NCBI GenBank assembly: GCA_963715195.1
Contig: CAVQRT010000007.1
Span: 96,001-160,000, forward strand
Length of the DNA: 64,000 bases
Direction: 5' to 3'
Source: Thermodesulfovibrionales bacterium
GTDB lineage: Bacteria > Nitrospirota > Thermodesulfovibrionia > Thermodesulfovibrionales > SM23-35
The notes under the pieces were generated by a model that saw nothing but the letters and a program-made list of their open reading frames with translations, did no database searches and was not told the DNA's origin. Positions 58,545-64,000 of this stretch are shown piece by piece. The translations under genes and the position numbers were made by a program. Numbering within the stretch: the first letter of the stretch is position 1; each line of letters starts with the position of its first letter.

Positions 58545-59751
58545 TTAATATCCCACTTGCTTTATAAACGACACTGCTTCTTTTCTTGATCTCAGTATTC
58601 CTTCGAATTTTGCCTTTTTAAGAGATACAAGTATTTTGCCCAGTTCGGCTCCCGGACTCACCCCTGCAATATTCATAACCTCTTCTGCAGACAACAAACC
58701 ATTCCTCCATATTTTCTGGAATCTCCTGAATTCTTTCAGTAGCGGTAATCTGTTCGTCACGATGAGGATATCAATTGATGCTTCGCCCGAGTTTTTGAAT
58801 ATCCGGAATATCTTGTCATAATTGAATTTTTTCATCCTTTTCAACTCTTTAATGCCCTTATTGACAACTTCTAACCGATTCAGGATCTTTCTGCTTATGG
58901 TTACATTGTACAGGCTATTTCCTTCGAAACAATCACCGAGCAAAATGTGAAGGCACAGCAAGCCCTTATAGGATAGATTTTGAGCAAATGTCTCATAAAG
59001 TAGCACTTTAATATGCGAAGGAAGAAGGTGAAGTATCGTCTTTTCAAATGTAACTAATGCTTTAAGACTATATGATAACTGATTAAATTTAAATGGTAAT
59101 ATAGTATTCAACAACTGGTCTGCAAGTGCCATTTTTAGGTGCGTTGAAGACTGCTTTGCGTTTAACAAATTGAACATTTCTAAAGTAATTCTTTCATCTG
59201 ATGAAAAGTGAATCATCATGTGATTTTGTTTAATAATCCGACGTGTTGCTGGGTCTATTGTACCGTCAATCTCAGCAGAAAACCGGTAGGCGCGCAACAT
59301 GCGTAGTGGATCATCGATGAGGTTCTTTTCCGAGATGGAACGAACAACTCTCCTGTGTATGTCGTTAATGCCATTATACAAATCAATGACACCCTTTCCC
59401 GGTGACCATGCAAGCGCATTCATTGTGAAATCTCTTTGCGAAAGGTTTTCCTCGAGTGTTCCTTCTAAATGACTGAAATCTAAGGTATGCCCTGTTTTCA
59501 ATGCAAGTCTTACGGTATCTTTGAATTTGAATTCGATAATCGTTCCACCGGTTTCTTTTCCGAATAGTTTTGACAAAAGACAGTACGTTTCCGCGCACGA
59601 TATAATCTCTGTCATGTGAATCAATTCCTCTGATAAGATCCCTGAGATATCCGCCAACGAGGTATACCTCTCTTCTTCGTCCCCTATCGAAGATGAACGA
59701 GTCATATTTATCCTTATGTATTTTTTTCTCGAACAAACGATTGTGTCTCAT
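58545..59751 (-). pseudogene. cca: Class II tRNA nucleotidyltransferase (CCA/CC-adding) split by a +1 frameshift
   Basis: Motif A (YLVGGYLRD...DRD) in one frame; RDFTMNALA, DDPLRMLRAYRF and ERI in another. Removing one A at 59556-59559 gives VKTIRKETGGT. Could be a sequencing error. Confidence 0.8.
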
Positions 59752-60078
59752 GACGAATTAATAATAGCAATGTTGGATGGTGTTATTTAAGATATCTGGA
59801 TTGTCCGGTTCTGATGTAGTGTTTCCCCTTCCCTTTCCGATTTGATAACTTCATTGACGTTTTTTTCACGGAATCTGCTTTACCATATAGGACAAATTAT
59901 TTCCTGGTAGACTGGCAAATCTTCGAAAGTCAGGAGGTTTTTACTGTCAGATTAAAAGTTTCAATGAAGGGTCAAATGTCTGATTCTTTTAATGTGCTCC
60001 TTACAACCATCATAGAGGATCTTGTTAATTATAGCGTGTGAAAGGGAAATGCTGCTTCATAAGGTGACTTTACTCTTT

Positions 60079-61941
60079 TTATAATGGATCCGACTGAAGA
60101 AAACTTTCACCTGCGGTTACAAAGGTATGATTTCCAAAAACGATATCCCAAAACCAAGTAGAGGTTTCTGAATTTCTCAATGTCCATGATTTCCCGTTAG
60201 TTGACGATAAGATAGTGCCGTTATTCCCAACCGCGACAAAATTACCCTCTGCAAACGTTATACCGGAGAGATACTCACTGGTTTTTGAATTTCTCTTGGT
60301 CCAATGCAACCCGTCAGCAGACGTTAAAATTGCACCATGTGCACCAACAATAGCAAAAAGGCCATTTCCATAACTACATGCTTCAAGATAATCTGAACTC
60401 TCCGCATTTCCTTTCTTCCAGTCTATACCGTCTTTGGATAAAAGCACTTCTCCTACAGCACTTACTACAATAAATATTGCGTTCCCATAGGTCACACTCT
60501 GGAGAAAAGAAGTGGTATTCGAATTTCTCTCTACCCAGGAGATTCGATCAACAGAGGTAAGAATAGTGCCATTTTCACCAATAGCAACATAGATTCCATT
60601 ACCAACAGTTATTCCTGTAAGCCAATTTGAAGTTCCTGTATTTGTTATACTCCACGAGATTCCATCAGCAGATGAGAAAATAGAACTTCCGCTGACACCG
60701 ATAAAGTTCCCGTCGGCATAAATTACCCGATTTGGGCCATTACTATTGTCTTGACCTACAATGGTCCATGTGACGCCATCAGGAGAGGTAACGACTCCGT
60801 TACCAACCCCAACAAAATGCCCATTACCATAACTCAAATGCTGTATTTGACCACGGGGATAAGAAAAAAATTTAGAAGTCCAGTTTTTCCCATCAGTAGA
60901 TGTTGACATATAGGTAGCATAGTTCCCATAGGGGTCCTCCTTGCCCGCTCCGTAAGCCAAGAATATGCCATTGCCATAGGCTAAAAGAGGCGACCCGAAT
61001 GGCTCGGGAATGACTGAAAACGTCCAGTTTATCCCATCTTTAGAAGTACCACTAATACGGGGAAGAACAGGAGGAGGAATCAACTGGGTATGAACTGTCA
61101 TATCAGTCTCAATTACGCCCATGATCAAGAAAGTATCGTTTCCATATATTACTTTAGAAAAACTATACTGCACATCTGCATTTCCACTTGACCAATTAAT
61201 CCCATCGGCTGAAGTCATAATGGTACCGCCAAGCCCACCTATGACAAATATACCGTCGCCGTAAGTTATATCCATTAAATAGTTTGTCCATACAACTGTA
61301 TGTGACCACGTGATACCATCAGGAGAGACATGAATGGCTTGAACTGTTCCAGTCTCCTTAGTATGTAATGAGCCAATGGCGACAAAAATGCCATTCCCAA
61401 ATATTATTTTAGACAGATTATAAGATGCAGTTTTCGTACTATTCTCTGTCCAAGAGATTCCATCATGTGAGGTTAAAATGGTCTGATTAGAGCCGACCGC
61501 GACAAATATGCCGTTACCATAAGTTACATCGTTTAAAATCTCAGACGTCCCAGCAGACCTTTTTGTCCAGGTACTTCCATCAGGAGAGCTGAGAATGGAA
61601 CCATTTTGTCCAACAGCAACAAAGATACCATTTCCATATGTTATCCCACTGAGATAATCTGACGTCACAAAAGTTGTCAACGTCCAAAAGATACCATCAG
61701 GAGAGGTCAAAGAGGTGTTTCTACTGATTGCAACAAAGATACCGTTACCATAGGTAATGTCATAAAGATTATCCGGTGTGTTTGGTGCTCTTACGTGCCA
61801 GGTATCAAGTGGGTTCGGTGTTGGCGGTGTCTTAGTACCTCCATTGCCTCCACCCCCACAACTTACAAGAAAAAATAATGTTCCTAAAAGAAAGGAAAAT
61901 ATTATTCTTATGCAGTATCTTGTCTGCATTTTGTTCTCCAT
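60079..61941 (-). CDS. Repeat-rich beta-propeller-like lipoprotein (BNR/Asp-box-like repeats)
   Basis: Lipobox LVSC-GGGG; many ~40-aa repeats YGNG.FVAVG..G.IL.S.DG..W. Confidence 0.85.
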   Translation of the reverse strand: MENKMQTRYCIRIIFSFLLGTLFFLVSCGGGGNGGTKTPPTPNPLDTWHVRAPNTPDNLYDITYGNGIFVAISRNTSLTSPDGIFWTLTTFVTSDYLSGITYGNGIFVAVGQNGSILSSPDGSTWTKRSAGTSEILNDVTYGNGIFVAVGSNQTILTSHDGISWTENSTKTASYNLSKIIFGNGIFVAIGSLHTKETGTVQAIHVSPDGITWSHTVVWTNYLMDITYGDGIFVIGGLGGTIMTSADGINWSSGNADVQYSFSKVIYGNDTFLIMGVIETDMTVHTQLIPPPVLPRISGTSKDGINWTFSVIPEPFGSPLLAYGNGIFLAYGAGKEDPYGNYATYMSTSTDGKNWTSKFFSYPRGQIQHLSYGNGHFVGVGNGVVTSPDGVTWTIVGQDNSNGPNRVIYADGNFIGVSGSSIFSSADGISWSITNTGTSNWLTGITVGNGIYVAIGENGTILTSVDRISWVERNSNTTSFLQSVTYGNAIFIVVSAVGEVLLSKDGIDWKKGNAESSDYLEACSYGNGLFAIVGAHGAILTSADGLHWTKRNSKTSEYLSGITFAEGNFVAVGNNGTILSSTNGKSWTLRNSETSTWFWDIVFGNHTFVTAGESFLQSDPL

Positions 61942-61962
61942 ATCTAATCTGCCAAGGTTGAT

Positions 61963-62130
61963 CTACGATTTCTTGCTCGTTTTTGTGGTAAATTCTGAAA
62001 TTTTCTTCTGTACGTTGTCACTTTGACAATGAGGACATTTTATTTTCGGGTTGGATTCAAAATCTTTTATCGAGAGGAAGACAATAAACTCGTGGTTGCA
62101 GTCCTTACAAACATATTCATAAGCAGGCAT
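61963..62130 (-). CDS. FmdB-family zinc-ribbon protein (55 aa, missed by ORF track)
   Basis: MPAYEYVCKDCNHEF...CPHCQS..V.K.IS.F. RBS aggaggt. Confidence 0.88.
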   Translation of the reverse strand: MPAYEYVCKDCNHEFIVFLSIKDFESNPKIKCPHCQSDNVQKKISEFTTKTSKKS

Positions 62131-62340
62131 GGCGACCTCCTTATTATTGAGGAATTGCGGCTGTACTATATACCATTATATCAATTCTGATTACCGTTTA
62201 GGATGGAATTCTGATATGCAGCAAAGAATATCAATATAATACTGATAGCAAATAGTACATTTGCAAATAATAAATGAATTAGTAGAATTGAAGTAATGGT
62301 CACTTTAAAAATACTTTGCTGAATTTACTAGAGGTGCATT

Positions 62341-63081
62341 TTGCTGATAGCATGGATAATAATTTGCAGCCTCCTTGGGAGTATCATTTCAGTTTGTGGA
62401 GCAGCTCTCCTTTTATATTTCTATGATGGTGTGAGAAAGACACTCGTTCCTTGTCTGATAAGTTATGCTACAGGGACATTACTTGGTGCAGCTTTTCTTG
62501 GGATGTTACCAAGAGCTCTTGAACATAGTGAACCAAATCAAATCCTGGTAGTACTTCTCTTTGGCATAATTCTTTTCTTTACGCTCGAAAAGTTTGTTCT
62601 CTGGCGACACTGTCACGACCACAAGTGCGAAATACATAGTACAGCCGGACATCTCATTCTTATAGGAGATGCTTTTCATAATTTTATTGACGGAGTAGTT
62701 ATAACTGCAACATTTCTTGTATCAATTCCTTTGGGCATTGCAGCAGCACTTGCAGTCATTGCACATGAAGTCCCTCAGGAAATAGGAGATTTTGCCATCC
62801 TGCTTGAAAGTGGTTTTTCAAAAAAGAAAGCCTTTATTTATAATCTCTTATCATCAATTACCACTCTGCCGGGTGCCATTATTGCATATATCTATCTCAA
62901 AGAAATGCTTACAGCAATACCTTATATTCTTGCACTATCAGCTTCAAGTTTTATCTATATTGCTACAGCAGACCTTATTCCAATGCTTCATAAAAAAATT
63001 GGGATGAAAGAGAACTTATTACAATTAGTTTTGCTCTTAGCGGGCATAGGGACTATTTTCTTGTTTAAGCTATCTCAATAA
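62341..63081 (+). CDS. ZIP-family metal transporter
   Basis: HCHDH loop, GDAFHNFIDG, AHEVPQEIGDF, multiple TMs. Confidence 0.92.
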   Translation: MLIAWIIICSLLGSIISVCGAALLLYFYDGVRKTLVPCLISYATGTLLGAAFLGMLPRALEHSEPNQILVVLLFGIILFFTLEKFVLWRHCHDHKCEIHSTAGHLILIGDAFHNFIDGVVITATFLVSIPLGIAAALAVIAHEVPQEIGDFAILLESGFSKKKAFIYNLLSSITTLPGAIIAYIYLKEMLTAIPYILALSASSFIYIATADLIPMLHKKIGMKENLLQLVLLLAGIGTIFLFKLSQ

Positions 63082-63094
63082 AAAGCAGGCAGCG

Positions 63095-64000
63095 TTAGGT
63101 TTTCGGTAATGAAAAACTGAACGTGTTGCCTTTTGCGGCACTACTTTCAACCCATATTTTCCCTCCGTGCGCTTCTATGATTGTTTTTGAAATGGCAAGT
63201 CCAAGCCCTGAACCTTTCTGCTTTCCTGCGCCACGATAAAAGGGTTCAAACAGATATGGAATTTGGTCTTTAGGGATGGCGAGGCCAGTATCTTGTATTT
63301 CAAAGAGGATGTCCTTGTCCCTACCAAACAGTCTAATACTTATTTTTCCTCCTATATCTGTGAATTTGATAGCGTTATCTAAAAGATTTGTAATAACTCT
63401 TTCAATCATCACTCTATCAGCATTCACATTAGTTACCGTGTCCGATGGAAATTCGGTGACAATATTGATATTCTTGTCATCTGCTAATATCTTTTCTGTT
63501 TCAATCTGTTTGTTAATAACCTCAACGATATCGAATGGAGCTGGTTGAGGTTGATATTCCTTACGCTCAAGCCGCACAAAATCAAGGTAATGCCTTATGA
63601 ATCCCTCGACTGTCTTCAGTTCGTCTCTTATTAATTCAAGATAGCTATACTGTTGTTGTTTTTCGACTTTGCCTCTAAGAAGTCTTGATAAAAACCCCAA
63701 TGATGCAACAAGAGGATTTTTCATATCATGAACAAGCATAGAGAGTATGTTTTTTTGTTCTCTTTCCAACTTCTTTTCAATTGTTATATCTCGAAAAAGC
63801 TCAACTCCTCCAATAAAACTTCCTTCTTGATTGAAGATAGGAGCTGCTGTTATCTGCAGAGTCATAGGATTGCCATCTCTATTTATTATGTTGCTCTCGA
63901 TTGTCTCTATAGGTTCTTGTAATTTGATTGAATGTTTAAGCAGAGGACACGCATTTTTATCAGATGTACCATGAAATATTTCCAGGTGAGATTTCCCTAT
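63095..64000 (-). CDS. PAS-domain sensor histidine kinase, 5'-partial
   Basis: Frame is open to the window edge; PAC-like FRDIT, H-box HDMKNPL, NLLDNAIKF, GSGLGL. Confidence 0.9.
   Translation of the reverse strand: MGKSHLEIFHGTSDKNACPLLKHSIKLQEPIETIESNIINRDGNPMTLQITAAPIFNQEGSFIGGVELFRDITIEKKLEREQKNILSMLVHDMKNPLVASLGFLSRLLRGKVEKQQQYSYLELIRDELKTVEGFIRHYLDFVRLERKEYQPQPAPFDIVEVINKQIETEKILADDKNINIVTEFPSDTVTNVNADRVMIERVITNLLDNAIKFTDIGGKISIRLFGRDKDILFEIQDTGLAIPKDQIPYLFEPFYRGAGKQKGSGLGLAISKTIIEAHGGKIWVESSAAKGNTFSFSLPKT

Overview
A 64-kb bacterial chromosomal segment, mostly housekeeping genes (argH, alaS, recX-pilT-recA, alr-mlaEFD, rlmN, era-recO-purC, mutS, dcd-pyrF-trpE, secA, miaB-mtaB, cca-type nucleotidyltransferase). 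Gene content and order suggest an anaerobe of the Nitrospirota/Desulfobacterota type; this is inference only. I saw no rRNA, tRNA, CRISPR array or intact transposase. The main signal is a candidate selenium system at about 39.1-47.2 kb. It includes an unannotated 48-codon gene with its own promoter, a strong RBS and a terminator, encoding a C-x-x-U-x-x-U-x-x-U-x-C peptide (three in-frame UGA codons followed by a SECIS-like hairpin). About 1.1 kb away is a UGA-recoded selD, preceded on the same strand by Fe-S/CCG oxidoreductase, glycosyltransferase, methyltransferase, rhodanese and MauE/DoxX genes. Other non-obvious signals: a promoter-driven rod-like ncRNA candidate (about 28.0-28.2 kb), a XerCD dif site (58504-58531), a hairpin leader conserved in front of both cold-shock genes, twin palindromic operators between divergent signalling genes, an aRF1/eRF1-like protein lacking GGQ, several apparently leaderless genes, a frameshifted loop-deleted tRNA nucleotidyltransferase and several small palindromic or heptamer repeat families. 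All calls come from reading the sequence; no searches were run.
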